Positions 42,913 through 53,188 of a stretch of 64,000 nt of DNA are shown one piece after another. This DNA is from an uncultured Acidimicrobiales bacterium (GTDB taxonomy: Bacteria; Actinomycetota; Acidimicrobiia; Acidimicrobiales; SZUA-35), in the NCBI GenBank assembly GCA_937922785.1, contig CALAJQ010000009.1, forward strand, positions 10,958 through 74,957. Direction: 5' to 3'. The position numbers were made by a program, and so were the translations under genes. Numbering within the stretch: the first letter of the stretch is position 1; each line of letters begins with the position of its first letter. The notes under the pieces are model-generated. The model searched no databases. It was not told the origin of the DNA and worked only from the letters and a program-made list of their open reading frames with translations.

Positions 42913-44190
42913 GTGGCAACAATTGCAGTAATCGGTACCGGCTACGTCGGGCTTACAACGGGTGCGTGTTTTGCACACTTGGGCCATGACGTGATCTGCG
43001 CTGACATCGATGAGCACAAGATCGCACGGCTTAACAAGGGCGAGATCCCAATCGTTGAGCAGGGCCTAGACAAGATCGTCGAAGAAGGCATGCGGTCGGG
43101 CAAGCTGAAGTTTGTTGTTGGTGCGATTAACGCGTCAAAGCACGCCGAATTTCACTACCTGTGCGTGCCCACACCTCAGGGTGGAGACGGCGCCGCTGAC
43201 CTTAGCTACCTAGAGATTGCTGCCGCTGAAATCGGCCCGCATCTTCCCGCTAACTCAATTGTTATCAACAAGTCCACCGTGCCCGTGGGTTCAACTCGCG
43301 TAGTAGCCAAGAAGCTGAACCGCTCGGACGTTTCGGTTGTTTCCAACCCAGAGTTCCTGCGTGAAGGAACAGCAGTATCTGACTTCTTGAACCCGGACCG
43401 TGTTGTAATCGGCTCTGAAGACCAGGAAGCGTCAATTCGTGTTGGCACCCTGTACGCAAAGGTCGCTGCTCCAGTCATGGTCACTGACCCTGTTTCGGCT
43501 GAAACCATCAAGTACGCATCGAACGCGTTCTTGGCAACAAAGCTCTCGTTTGTTAACGCCATCGCCACCTTGTGTGAGCGTGTTGGCGCTGACGTAAACG
43601 ACGTCGTACTCGGAATGGGTTATGACACTCGTATCGGCAAGCAGTTCCTGCGTCCTGGCCCAGGCTGGGGTGGTAGCTGCTTCCCGAAGGACACCATTGC
43701 GCTTCACAAGATCGCTGAGGACGCAGGTTATGACTTCTCAATCCTCACTGAGGTTTTGAACGTCAACACTCAGCAGTTCGACCGAACTGCTGCGAAGGTG
43801 CTAACAGCTCTCGGCGGTAGCGGAGCTGGAAAGCGTCTTGCAGTTTGGGGTCTGACTTTCAAAGCAGGCACCGACGATTTGCGTGACTCGCCATCCATCG
43901 AGGTGCTAACTCGCCTTCAGGACAGCGGCGTGGAGATTGTTGCCTATGACCCAGCGATTGACGCACCTCCTAGAGAGTTGCCAGACATCAAGATCGTGGC
44001 CGACCCTTACAGCGCAGTTGAAGGTGCAGACGCACTGGCAATCATGACCGAGTGGGACGAGTTCCGCTGGCTTGACTTTGACCAGGTCGCTGAAGCCATG
44101 AACAACCGTGCAATCGTTGACGGTCGTAACCTGCTTGACCGCTCAGTCGTGATGCGCCGAGGCTTCACCTACGTTGGAGTGGGCCGCTAA
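42913..44190 (+). CDS. ugd: UDP-glucose 6-dehydrogenase
   Basis: GTG 42913 gives [27 protein letters not shown] (Rossmann). Contains GGSCFPKD with the catalytic Cys, and [16 protein letters not shown]. The 29 codons upstream in the track ORF were judged non-coding. Confidence 0.9.
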   Translation: MATIAVIGTGYVGLTTGACFAHLGHDVICADIDEHKIARLNKGEIPIVEQGLDKIVEEGMRSGKLKFVVGAINASKHAEFHYLCVPTPQGGDGAADLSYLEIAAAEIGPHLPANSIVINKSTVPVGSTRVVAKKLNRSDVSVVSNPEFLREGTAVSDFLNPDRVVIGSEDQEASIRVGTLYAKVAAPVMVTDPVSAETIKYASNAFLATKLSFVNAIATLCERVGADVNDVVLGMGYDTRIGKQFLRPGPGWGGSCFPKDTIALHKIAEDAGYDFSILTEVLNVNTQQFDRTAAKVLTALGGSGAGKRLAVWGLTFKAGTDDLRDSPSIEVLTRLQDSGVEIVAYDPAIDAPPRELPDIKIVADPYSAVEGADALAIMTEWDEFRWLDFDQVAEAMNNRAIVDGRNLLDRSVVMRRGFTYVGVGR

Positions 44191-44192
44191 CA

Positions 44193-45131
44193 ATGGCTCG
44201 AATTCTGGTAACTGGCGGCGCAGGATTCTTAGGATCCAACCTGTGCGTCCGTCTCCTTGAACGCGGCGATGAAGTTGTCTGTATGGACAACTTGGTTACC
44301 GGCAGCGAAAAGAACATCGAATCGCTGTTCGGCAATCCGAACTTCCAGTTCGTCAAGCATGACGTTTCTGAATATGTCTGGGTGCCGGGTGATGTTGACT
44401 CGATCATGCACTTGGCTTCACCAGCAAGCCCGGTCGATTTCGACAAGATTCCAATTCAGATCATGAAGGTGGGCGCAGTAGCGACCCACAACCTCCTCGG
44501 CTTGGCGCGAGCCAAGGGTGCGAAGTTCCACTTGAACTCAACCTCTGAGGTTTATGGCGATCCACTGGTTCACCCTCAGCCTGAGACCTACTGGGGCAAC
44601 GTGAACCCCATTGGTCCACGTGGCGTCTACGACGAGGCCAAGCGCTTCGCTGAGGCTCTTACGATGGCTTACCACCGCATGCACGACATTCAAGTTCGGA
44701 TCGTTCGAACCTTCAATACATACGGTCCAAACATGCGTCCTGACGATGGTCGTGTGGTTTCGAACTTCATCACCCAGGCTCTGCGAGATATGGACATCAC
44801 CATTTATGGCGATGGCATGCAGTCTCGAAGCTTCTGCTATGTGGATGACCAGATCGACGGCCAGTTGGCATTGCTAGATTCTGGCTACAACGGGCCTGTC
44901 AACATCGGAAACCCGAACGAGTTCACGATGCTCGAACTTGCCGAGCAAGTAATCGACGTGACGAACTCGAACTCGAAGATCACCTTCCATCCTCTTCCTC
45001 AGGATGATCCAACTCAGCGCAAGCCCGATATGACTCGGGTAACCAAAGAGTTGGGATGGGCGCCGAAGGTGCAGCTGCGAGAAGGTCTAGAGAAGACGGC
45101 GCCTTTCTTTGCGAAAGAGCTGGGTCTCTAA
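44193..45131 (+). CDS. uxs: UDP-glucuronate decarboxylase (UDP-xylose synthase)
   Basis: Near-colinear with my recollection of UXS1: [14 protein letters not shown]..., [76 protein letters not shown]. Confidence 0.88.
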   Translation: MARILVTGGAGFLGSNLCVRLLERGDEVVCMDNLVTGSEKNIESLFGNPNFQFVKHDVSEYVWVPGDVDSIMHLASPASPVDFDKIPIQIMKVGAVATHNLLGLARAKGAKFHLNSTSEVYGDPLVHPQPETYWGNVNPIGPRGVYDEAKRFAEALTMAYHRMHDIQVRIVRTFNTYGPNMRPDDGRVVSNFITQALRDMDITIYGDGMQSRSFCYVDDQIDGQLALLDSGYNGPVNIGNPNEFTMLELAEQVIDVTNSNSKITFHPLPQDDPTQRKPDMTRVTKELGWAPKVQLREGLEKTAPFFAKELGL

Positions 45132-45152
45132 CTCGGCCTAGACTCGGGTGGA

Positions 45153-46244
45153 GTGACTCGAGTTGCAGTAACAGTTGAGCAGTTCTGGCACAAGGTGCCA
45201 GGAGGCACTGGTTGGGCAACCGCCCAAACCCTCAAGGCGTTAGCCGTCGACTCTGACTTTTCCTATGTAGGGCTTGCGGCTCGTCATCGCTCGCCCAGCT
45301 CGTCGATGATTCCAGAGGCAGTGCCTGTCAGCTTCGCTGGGTTGCCACGCCCTGCGTTATATGAAGCCTGGCTGCGTTCTGGAATGGGGTCGGTGGAGTC
45401 CATCGTCGGCGATCCAGTTGATGTTGTTTGGGCATCGGCGATGGTCGTTCCGCCAACAAATGCGCCCGTTGTGGTTACCGTTCACGATCTTGACTTCTTG
45501 GACCATCCCGAGTGGCTCTCAAAACGCGGAAAGGGTTTCTTTCCCCGAGCGTGGCGCGCCGCTACTGAGCGCGCAGCGCTGATGGTTTGCCCTTCGGAGA
45601 CTGTGGCCCAAGCGTGTGAGGCGCGTGGCGTCGAGGCGGGCCAAGTCCGAGTTGTTCCCTGGGGCGTAGACGCCCAGCGGGTCGATGAACAGTCAGCAAA
45701 TATGACCAGGGCATCCTTTGGCCTTCCGGACCGCTTTGCCATCTGGGTTGGAACATTGGAGCCCAGGAAAAATCTCGAACGCGTCGTACAGGCAGTTTCA
45801 CAGGTTGATGGGCTCCACCTCGCAATTGTCGGCCCCGACGGTTGGAGCGTCGACCATGAAAGTGTGATCGCGCCACTTGGCGATCGGGCTCACAAGCTAG
45901 GCCGTGTCAGCCAGGACGAACTCGCAGCCCTTTACGCCGCCGCCACCGTTTTTGTGTTCCCGTCTTTGGCCGAGGGTTTCGGTCTACCAGTGCTTGAAGC
46001 AATGGCCCAGGGCACTCCCGTAGTGACTTCGGTGGGGACCGGTACCGAGGACGCCTCCCAAGGCGCAGCTCTGCTGGTTAACCCCAAGAACGTGTCTGAG
46101 ATCGCCGACGCTATTCGGTCAGTCATCTCCAACGATCAGACCGCAAGCTCTCTCAGGACCGCCGGATTGGCAGTGGCAAAGAACAGCTCTTGGGCAAAGA
46201 CCGCTGCTGGTTATCGAAAAATCTTTGGCGAGGTAGCCCGATGA
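45153..46244 (+). CDS. Glycosyltransferase, GT4/GT-B family
   Basis: C-terminal EGFGLPVLEAMAQGTPVVTS motif. GTG start. Confidence 0.8.
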   Translation: MTRVAVTVEQFWHKVPGGTGWATAQTLKALAVDSDFSYVGLAARHRSPSSSMIPEAVPVSFAGLPRPALYEAWLRSGMGSVESIVGDPVDVVWASAMVVPPTNAPVVVTVHDLDFLDHPEWLSKRGKGFFPRAWRAATERAALMVCPSETVAQACEARGVEAGQVRVVPWGVDAQRVDEQSANMTRASFGLPDRFAIWVGTLEPRKNLERVVQAVSQVDGLHLAIVGPDGWSVDHESVIAPLGDRAHKLGRVSQDELAALYAAATVFVFPSLAEGFGLPVLEAMAQGTPVVTSVGTGTEDASQGAALLVNPKNVSEIADAIRSVISNDQTASSLRTAGLAVAKNSSWAKTAAGYRKIFGEVAR

Positions 46245-47386
46245 CTCCACGTATGTCAGTAGTGGGCGTGAACCTGATGTGGTTGGTGCCTGGAGTTGTC
46301 GGCGGAACCGAGGAATACACCGTTCGGCTGTTGCATGCCATCAACGTTATCGATCCAGATGATTTGTGGATCAAGATCTACTGCCAGCCTGAACTCCTCG
46401 AGGCCTACCCGGACTTAGAAAGCCGTTTCGAAGTTCGGACTGGACCCCCTCTGAACAGCAAAGCGATGCGCATAGCCGCAGAGAACTCGTGGCTACTTGC
46501 CGCAAGCAGTGAAGATGACTTGTTGCACCACGCTGGATCTATGGCTCCGCTGATGAAGGGTCGTCCTTACGTCTTGACTTTGCACGACGTTCAGCCGTTG
46601 GACATGCCGCAGAACTTCAGCCCGGCAAAGCAGCGGTGGCACCAGAAGATGTTGCCTCGGGCGGTAGCGGGTGCAGAATTGGTGCTTTGCCCTAGTCAGT
46701 TCTCGGCCGACCGAGCCACCGAGCTGTTGAAGCTCCGCTCTGGCAAGACCGTGGTTGTACCTCACGGCCACGCCGAGATCCCGGTCGGTCCTCCTGAGAC
46801 ACATGTCAGTAACGAATTGGCGGCGAAGTACGGGCGCTACGTGTTGTATCCAGCCATCAGTTACCCCCATAAGCGTCACATTGATTTGGTGGACGCCCTA
46901 TACGTCCTCCGGGACCGGTTCGAAGATCTGAACATAGTGTTCACCGGCCGGGCCGGACCTGAGGAAGAGGCTCTAGTGGCCCACGCACAAACACTAGGTT
47001 TGGGCAGCCGGGTGCATCATCTAGGGCGGGTCAGCGCCGAACGGCTAGACGACCTTTATAGGGGAGCGGCTGCGATGGCATTCCCCAGTGAGTACGAAGG
47101 GTTTGGCAATCCGGCGCTTGAGGCAATGGCCCGAGGTTGTCCGGTAGTGGCCACAACAGCGGGCTCGCTGCCAGAGGTTGTGGGCGATGCCGGGCTGCTG
47201 GTTGAACCGCGCAGGCCACGGGCTTTGGCCGCCGCCATAGCTCGCGTTCTGGACGAGCCGGACCTAAATTCTGACCTAAGAGCTGCCGGGCCAATTCGGG
47301 CAAAAGAATTCGGGTGGAAGGCTGCAGGAGACGCGCTGCTTGGGGCCTATCGTGTTGCGCTGCGAGGCATGAGTAAATGGTCATGA
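46241..47386 (+). CDS. Glycosyltransferase, GT4/GT-B family
   Basis: ATG 46241 overlaps the previous stop (ATGA). Contains [20 protein letters not shown]. Confidence 0.8.
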   Translation: MTPRMSVVGVNLMWLVPGVVGGTEEYTVRLLHAINVIDPDDLWIKIYCQPELLEAYPDLESRFEVRTGPPLNSKAMRIAAENSWLLAASSEDDLLHHAGSMAPLMKGRPYVLTLHDVQPLDMPQNFSPAKQRWHQKMLPRAVAGAELVLCPSQFSADRATELLKLRSGKTVVVPHGHAEIPVGPPETHVSNELAAKYGRYVLYPAISYPHKRHIDLVDALYVLRDRFEDLNIVFTGRAGPEEEALVAHAQTLGLGSRVHHLGRVSAERLDDLYRGAAAMAFPSEYEGFGNPALEAMARGCPVVATTAGSLPEVVGDAGLLVEPRRPRALAAAIARVLDEPDLNSDLRAAGPIRAKEFGWKAAGDALLGAYRVALRGMSKWS

Positions 47387-48618
47387 GAATTCAACTGCAG
47401 TGTCCCCATTTCGAGCCGGACCTTCACGCCGCAACTGGCGAGGTCATGACCAAACTGGTCAACTCAATGGTTGAACGTGGCCATCAGGTCGACGTTGTCA
47501 CCAGCCTGCCTTGGTACAAGGATCACGATGTTGAAGCCGAATGGCGCGGCCGTCCGGTCAGAAGAGAAAAGACTCAGTGGGGATCAATAAGCCGAGCGTG
47601 GCCGTTCCCCACAGACAAATCCAAGATCACTTCTAGGGCAGTCGGCTTTGCTGGATTCACCGGTTTAGTAACAGCGTGTGCGTTAGCACTACCCAAGCCC
47701 GACGTAGTGATGGGAATGTCGCCGCCAATATTCCTTGGTGACTCGGCGTGGGCGGTGGCCAAGCGGCACCGGATCCCCTTTGTGTTCAACGTCCAAGACA
47801 TCTTTCCCGACGTCGCTGTTGATCTGGGTGCGCTAACAAACGAACGCGTAATTGATTACGCCTCAAGACACGAGGCCAGTCTCTACCGGCGGGCCAGCGC
47901 AGTGACGGTTCTAAGCGACGACCAGCAGGCAAACGTGCGGGGCAAATTACCCGACGATCAGGCCGAGAAGGTTCGGATCATTCACAACTTTGCCGACACA
48001 GAACGCGTACGTCCGGTGAAACGAGAAAACCCTTATCGAGATCGCCATGGCCTGAATGGCAAGACAGTGATCATGTACTCAGGCAACGTTGGTTTAAGCC
48101 AGAGCTTTGACCTCGTCCAAAAAGCGGCCACTCACTTTGCCAGCCGAGACGACATCCAGTTTGTTATCAACGGTGAAGGCGCAGCCCGGCCAGCCGTGGA
48201 TGCTTGGGCCAAGCACCACGGCAACGTGACCGTCTCTAACTTTGCCCCTCGGGAAAAGGTCAGCGAAGTCCTAGGTGCCGCTGACCTTCACTTGGTGCTG
48301 TTGAAAAAGGGCCTTGCCAAATCGAGCACGCCATCGAAGCTCTATGGCATTCTGGCCGCCGGACGTGCGGTGCTTGCCTCGATAGACAACGGATCTGAAG
48401 TAGCAACAACGATTTCTAAAGCCGACTCTGGCATGGCAGTGTCTCCCGACAGCCCTTCAGAGTTCATCGAAGCTCTCGAACGGATGCTGGAAACACCGGA
48501 AGAACTGGTCGACATGGGTGTACGGGGCCGCCACTTCATAGAGACCTGGTACTCGCCAGCGGCTCAAGCCGAAGCCTATGAGCAGCTGTTTTTGGAGCTT
48601 ACCGGGATGAGCAACTAG
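47383..48618 (+). CDS. Glycosyltransferase, GT4 (WcaI-like)
   Basis: The start overlaps the previous stop (ATG 47377 or 47383). The N-domain FNVQDIFPD and the C-domain SKLYGILAAGRAVLAS are typical of WcaI-type GT4 enzymes. Confidence 0.78.
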   Translation: MRIQLQCPHFEPDLHAATGEVMTKLVNSMVERGHQVDVVTSLPWYKDHDVEAEWRGRPVRREKTQWGSISRAWPFPTDKSKITSRAVGFAGFTGLVTACALALPKPDVVMGMSPPIFLGDSAWAVAKRHRIPFVFNVQDIFPDVAVDLGALTNERVIDYASRHEASLYRRASAVTVLSDDQQANVRGKLPDDQAEKVRIIHNFADTERVRPVKRENPYRDRHGLNGKTVIMYSGNVGLSQSFDLVQKAATHFASRDDIQFVINGEGAARPAVDAWAKHHGNVTVSNFAPREKVSEVLGAADLHLVLLKKGLAKSSTPSKLYGILAAGRAVLASIDNGSEVATTISKADSGMAVSPDSPSEFIEALERMLETPEELVDMGVRGRHFIETWYSPAAQAEAYEQLFLELTGMSN

Positions 48619-48665
48619 GCCTAGCGACCCTTATCTAGCTGGGTGTTGTCAGTTAGTATTTCCAT

Positions 48666-49136
48666 ATGACAACCGGAGTAATTCTCAGCGGATATTTCAG
48701 CCCCCTTCACGTCGGGCATCTCAACATGCTCGAAGCGGCGGCAGAGTACGGCGACAAGGTCATAGTCATCGTCAACAACAACGCTCAGCAAGTAATCAAA
48801 AAGGGCAAGGTCATCATCGATGAGGCGGACCGCCTTCGAGTTGTCAAAGCGCTTCGAATGGTCGACGAAGCAATGATCGCAGTTGACACCGACCGCACTG
48901 TTGTTGCCTCAATCGAAGCCATCGCCAAGGCCCACCCGGGCTACAAGTTGGTGTTCGCCAACGGTGGCGACCGTGAATCTGGAGCGCTTGTTCCTGAAAC
49001 CCCGGTGTGTGAAGAGTACGGAATTGAGATGATCTTCGACATGGGCGGCAGCGAAAAGTCAGACTCATCAAGTCGGATCAACGTTGAGCTAGGGCTTGAG
49101 GACGCCCCGAGCGCCCCGCCCTCAGCAACGACCTAG
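48666..49136 (+). CDS. Cytidylyl/adenylyl-transferase-like nucleotidyltransferase (HxGH class)
   Basis: SGYFSPLHVGHLNML (HxGH) and FANGGDR. 156 aa, similar in size and motifs to TagD/RfaE-II type enzymes. Confidence 0.7.
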   Translation: MTTGVILSGYFSPLHVGHLNMLEAAAEYGDKVIVIVNNNAQQVIKKGKVIIDEADRLRVVKALRMVDEAMIAVDTDRTVVASIEAIAKAHPGYKLVFANGGDRESGALVPETPVCEEYGIEMIFDMGGSEKSDSSSRINVELGLEDAPSAPPSATT

Positions 49137-51625
49137 ACCGCCCGACCTAGCGAATCTATTACCAACACTGCTTTGCCTTCAGCTTTGCTGGCTTCAAGGT
49201 CGACGTGGGCTTCGAATCGCCATTCGTTGTGACCATCAGGGTCACAGATGATCTGTGTGACCCGTTGAGTTTGAGTGTCATAGATGAAGTTGTCTCTGCT
49301 CCGAGCGTCTGCGTCAATTAGCACGGCGTCGTACTCCTCGAAATATTGGCGCACTGTTTCGATGATGCCATCTAGCTCGAGGCTGCCGTAGCGATTCTGC
49401 GCCATTGACATGACCCAGGCGAACGTCTGGTTGTGAACCATGACCCGGAACGCCCGTTCATTAGTAGTGATGTCTTCGGGAGCGTGCTGTTGAGCCTTGT
49501 CAGACTCCGCCGCTGAGGTTGGGGTTCCCGCTTGAAGCAGCTCCCACTCGTCGATGAGGCTTGAATCAACACCGCGAACAAGCGCCCCAATCCACTCGGT
49601 GAGGTCAATAACCTCATCCGTTTGGTCATCTGCTGGGATGTTCTGGACAAGACCCTTGTAGACGTCAGACAGATACCGCAGAACCGTTCCTTCAGAACGT
49701 TTCAGGCCATGGTGGTTGATGTATTCACCAAAGGTGAACGCGCCTTCAAGCATTTCTCGAACCACAGATTTTGGGAAAACCGTCTCTTCACCAGCCCAAG
49801 GGTGTTTGGCCCGGAAAGCGTTGAAGCTGTCGTAAATCCATTCACGATCAGGGGCAGGCGGCTTCACCTCGTCGAGGCGTTCCATTCGCTCGTCGTACTC
49901 AACTCCCTTTGCCTTCAGCTCGGTTATCAGTTCACGTTTCGCCCGGTCTAGTTGAGCCCCGATAATCACGCCCGGGTTTTCCTGCACAGCCTCAACGATG
50001 CTGAGCATTTTCAAATGATGACCTTCGGCTCCAGAATCAAGTTCGTCGAACGCTTGCACCGCCCAGAGGCTTAGCGGCTGATGCAAAGCAAACTCATCCT
50101 GCAAATCGAAGTTGACCCTAACCAGTCGGCCCAAGTTGTCAGGTTCGGCCGGGAACTCCAGAACTTCGGCTTCTTTAAGTGATCTGTAGATGGCGATGGC
50201 TCTACGAATGTGACCTCGTTTGCGCTTCTCGGTCTCGTGGTTGTCAGTAACGAAGTTGCGTACTGCCGCGCAGCCATCTCCAGGCCGGTCCAACAGAAAT
50301 AACAACATTTGGTGAGTCACATCAAAGCTTGATGACATCGGCTCTGGGTCACCGGCCACAAGGCGCTCGAAGGTGGCTTCGGTCCAGGCGGCGTAACCAC
50401 GCTCGGGCGGCTTCTTCTTGACAACCTTGGACTTCTTGCCGCTCTTTGCCAGCTTGGCACCGGCCTTCTCGGCCAGCTTGATGTTCTCAACTTCATGGGC
50501 TGGCGCCTGCACCCACACAGTGCCGATGTCGTCGAAACCTTTTCGGCCGGCGCGTCCCGCAATCTGCTTGAACTCTCTTACCGAAAGCACACGGGTCTTA
50601 ACGCCGTCGTACTTACAGAGTTGGGTGAACAGGACCGATCGGATGGGAACGTTGACGCCCACGCCAAGGGAGTCGGTGCCGCAGATCAACTTAAGCAGGC
50701 CTTCCTGGGCCAACCGTTCCACCAAGCGCCGATACTTTGGAAGCAGACCACCGTGGTGCACACCGATGCCGGCCATCACATAACGGCGTAGGTCCTTGCC
50801 CACAGGTGTGTCGAAACCGAACGCTCCAACAGCTTCCTTGATCCGCTCCTTCTCATCCTTAGTTAGAGGGTCGATGCTCAGATAGCTTTGGGCGGCTTCG
50901 GTGGCCTCGCGCTGGGTGAAGTGGACCACATAAATGGGCGCCTTCCCATCGGCCAGCAGAGCCTCCAGCGAGTTGTGCAACGTGGTGAACCGGTACTCAA
51001 ACTCCAACGGCACCGGACGTTGAGCGCTTTGAACCAAAGCGGTTGGCCGGCCTGTTCGAGTCTCGAGATCTTGTTCGAACATGCGAGTGTTGCCCAGCGT
51101 CGCGCTCATCAACAAGAACTGCACGTGTGGAAGATGCAAAATCGGAACCTGCCACGCCCAGCCTCGTTGGGGGTCTGCGTAGTAGTGGAACTCATCCATG
51201 ATGACTACGTCTACGTCGGCACCGGCTCCATCACGCAACGTCCAGTTCGCCAAGATTTCAGCAGTGCAACAAATGATCGGCGCGTCCGGGTTGACCTTGG
51301 CGTCGCCGGTAATCATGCCCACGTTTGCAGTGCCGAACTCTTCACAAAGCGAGAAGAACTTCTCAGAAACCAGCGCCTTGATCGGAGCTGTGTAAACGCT
51401 GCGCTGGTTGTTGGCGAAGGCGGCAAAGTGAGCTGCTGCGGCAACCAAAGACTTTCCCGACCCGGTCGGAGTATTGAGAATTACGTTGTTGCCTTCCAAC
51501 AGCTCAAGGATCGCCTCTTCCTGGGCTTCGTAAAGCTCTATGCCGTTGTCCAATGAATAGGTGACAAACGAATCAAGCAAAGCGCCCGGCGTCGGTTCAC
51601 CTGGGGCGTGATCTAACAGGCTCAC
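49133..51625 (-). CDS. Ski2-like DEAD/DEAH-box helicase with a long C-terminal (DUF3516-like) region
   Basis: Motif I NTPTGSGKSLVA, motif II VIMDEFHYY, motif III MSATLGN, motif VI QIAGRAGRKGFD. 830 aa. Confidence 0.85.
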   Translation of the reverse strand: MSLLDHAPGEPTPGALLDSFVTYSLDNGIELYEAQEEAILELLEGNNVILNTPTGSGKSLVAAAAHFAAFANNQRSVYTAPIKALVSEKFFSLCEEFGTANVGMITGDAKVNPDAPIICCTAEILANWTLRDGAGADVDVVIMDEFHYYADPQRGWAWQVPILHLPHVQFLLMSATLGNTRMFEQDLETRTGRPTALVQSAQRPVPLEFEYRFTTLHNSLEALLADGKAPIYVVHFTQREATEAAQSYLSIDPLTKDEKERIKEAVGAFGFDTPVGKDLRRYVMAGIGVHHGGLLPKYRRLVERLAQEGLLKLICGTDSLGVGVNVPIRSVLFTQLCKYDGVKTRVLSVREFKQIAGRAGRKGFDDIGTVWVQAPAHEVENIKLAEKAGAKLAKSGKKSKVVKKKPPERGYAAWTEATFERLVAGDPEPMSSSFDVTHQMLLFLLDRPGDGCAAVRNFVTDNHETEKRKRGHIRRAIAIYRSLKEAEVLEFPAEPDNLGRLVRVNFDLQDEFALHQPLSLWAVQAFDELDSGAEGHHLKMLSIVEAVQENPGVIIGAQLDRAKRELITELKAKGVEYDERMERLDEVKPPAPDREWIYDSFNAFRAKHPWAGEETVFPKSVVREMLEGAFTFGEYINHHGLKRSEGTVLRYLSDVYKGLVQNIPADDQTDEVIDLTEWIGALVRGVDSSLIDEWELLQAGTPTSAAESDKAQQHAPEDITTNERAFRVMVHNQTFAWVMSMAQNRYGSLELDGIIETVRQYFEEYDAVLIDADARSRDNFIYDTQTQRVTQIICDPDGHNEWRFEAHVDLEASKAEGKAVLVIDSLGRAV

Positions 51626-52335
51626 CGGAACAGGTCGTCGGCCGGGTCACGAACGATGTCTTCAACCACCGATCCGGGGCCAAACCATTCCGGGTCGACT
51701 CCCCGAATCAGTGCCACCGCATGCCCGGTACTTTTTCCCCTGACCAGCTCGGCGGCACCCGCAAGCTCGTCAACAATACACACCTCGGTTACGTGAAGGA
51801 CTCGACCCGTGGCGTCGGGGGTGCCCCGCAGGTCCAATATGGGCAAGATGCCTGCGCAGCCCAGTGCAATATCGGTCACACCTCGACGCCAAGGCCTGCC
51901 AAATGTGTCGGCCACGATGATGGCCACATCTACGCCAAGTCGGTGTCTTATCGCATCACGGATGCGCCGGGCCGAGCGGTCAGGGTCAACCGGCAATAGG
52001 CAAGCAACATCGGAGGCCACGTTCGAGCGATCGATACCCGAATTGGCGCATACGAAACCGTGCTGGGTTTCGGTGATAATCAGCTCGCCACGGCGCCTGA
52101 GCACCCGCTTTGCTTCAGAGACCACCAGTGGTTTGTGCGATAGCGGATCGTCAGGATCTACCTTTACTTGGCGGTCCTCAGCCTTGGACACCACCTTCTG
52201 GCTTACAACCAAAACGTCGTGATCTACAAGTGGGTGTTCGGCCTGACACGCATCGATAATTTGGCCGGCCAGGTCGTCACCGGCTCGGATTTCGCCCATT
52301 CCGCCGATGGCCACGATTTCCAAGCTGTTTCCCAT
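51622..52335 (-). CDS. cofE: Coenzyme F420-0:L-glutamate ligase
   Basis: VLVVSQKVVSKAEDR, HGFVCANSGIDRSNV, IIVADTFGRPWRRGVTDIALG, DELAGAAELVRGK. Single-domain form with no nitroreductase-like C-domain. Confidence 0.85.
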   Translation of the reverse strand: MGNSLEIVAIGGMGEIRAGDDLAGQIIDACQAEHPLVDHDVLVVSQKVVSKAEDRQVKVDPDDPLSHKPLVVSEAKRVLRRRGELIITETQHGFVCANSGIDRSNVASDVACLLPVDPDRSARRIRDAIRHRLGVDVAIIVADTFGRPWRRGVTDIALGCAGILPILDLRGTPDATGRVLHVTEVCIVDELAGAAELVRGKSTGHAVALIRGVDPEWFGPGSVVEDIVRDPADDLFR

Positions 52336-52386
52336 CTCGCTGACCCTACCGCGAAGTGGCCTCGCGAGGCTCTAGGCTTTCCCGCC

Positions 52387-53178
52387 GTGGCACGTAAATC
52401 TTCTTCTGACCTTCCTAAGCCGATAAATCCCGATCAGGGAGCTGGCTGGTTCCTACCCGTAATCTTCCTGGTCTGTGTTGTTGGCATTGGCTCGGTGCTT
52501 TTCCTTGCAAACAATCGCGAGTCAAACCGGGCAGTAGCTCCGCTAGTTGCGGTGCCGTCTCTTGGGGTCCAGGGCGATCACTGGCATCAGGCGTTTGCGA
52601 TCTATGCGTGTGACAGCTTCTTCCCAGATATCCCGCAGGAGGTTCCGTCACAAGAAGGAATCCACACCCACGGCGACGGTCTAATCCACATCCACCCGTT
52701 CTCGGTCAGTGCATCCGGACGAAACGCCACACTAGGCGCCTACTTCCGGACCACTCAAGCCGAACTAAACGACACCACCTACACGCCTGGTCCGTTTGAG
52801 ATTGGCGGCCGTGTCCTTGATGAGGCTGCCGGTTGTAACGGTGAGCCTGCTGAACTTCAGCTAGCTGTTTGGGACAACGCGTTCTCAACCGATGCACCCG
52901 ATGAGATCATCACTGAAAACTTGGCCGACTTCCGCTTCACCCAAGACGCCGCTTCGCTAGTTCTTGCGTTTGTGCCTGCAGGGGCAGAAATTCCACCTCC
53001 ACCTTCAGCTCAGGCAATCGGTGGTGTCAGCCCGACCTCGCCGCTGATTGAAGATCCAGCCCAGACCATCCCGGCGCCCGAAGGCATTGATCCCGAAGGC
53101 ACCGATTCTGAAGGCACCGATACCGGCGGCGACGACACCACGCCAACAAGCGAAGAACTGCCAGACGACGAAGGCTAA
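52387..53178 (+). CDS. Membrane-anchored hypothetical protein with a His-rich motif and acidic tail
   Basis: GTG 52387 avoids overlap with cofE. One TM helix (WFLPVIFLVCVVGIGSVLFL). His cluster DHWHQAFAIYACD...GIHTHGDGLIHIHP. Confidence 0.55.
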   Translation: MARKSSSDLPKPINPDQGAGWFLPVIFLVCVVGIGSVLFLANNRESNRAVAPLVAVPSLGVQGDHWHQAFAIYACDSFFPDIPQEVPSQEGIHTHGDGLIHIHPFSVSASGRNATLGAYFRTTQAELNDTTYTPGPFEIGGRVLDEAAGCNGEPAELQLAVWDNAFSTDAPDEIITENLADFRFTQDAASLVLAFVPAGAEIPPPPSAQAIGGVSPTSPLIEDPAQTIPAPEGIDPEGTDSEGTDTGGDDTTPTSEELPDDEG

Positions 53179-53188
53179 GCCCGGGCGC

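Noticed and set aside
50888-51556. 222-aa plus-strand ORF (and 50418..50791 +) inside the helicase gene
   Set aside because: They are antisense to a frame carrying all helicase motifs and have no motifs of their own.
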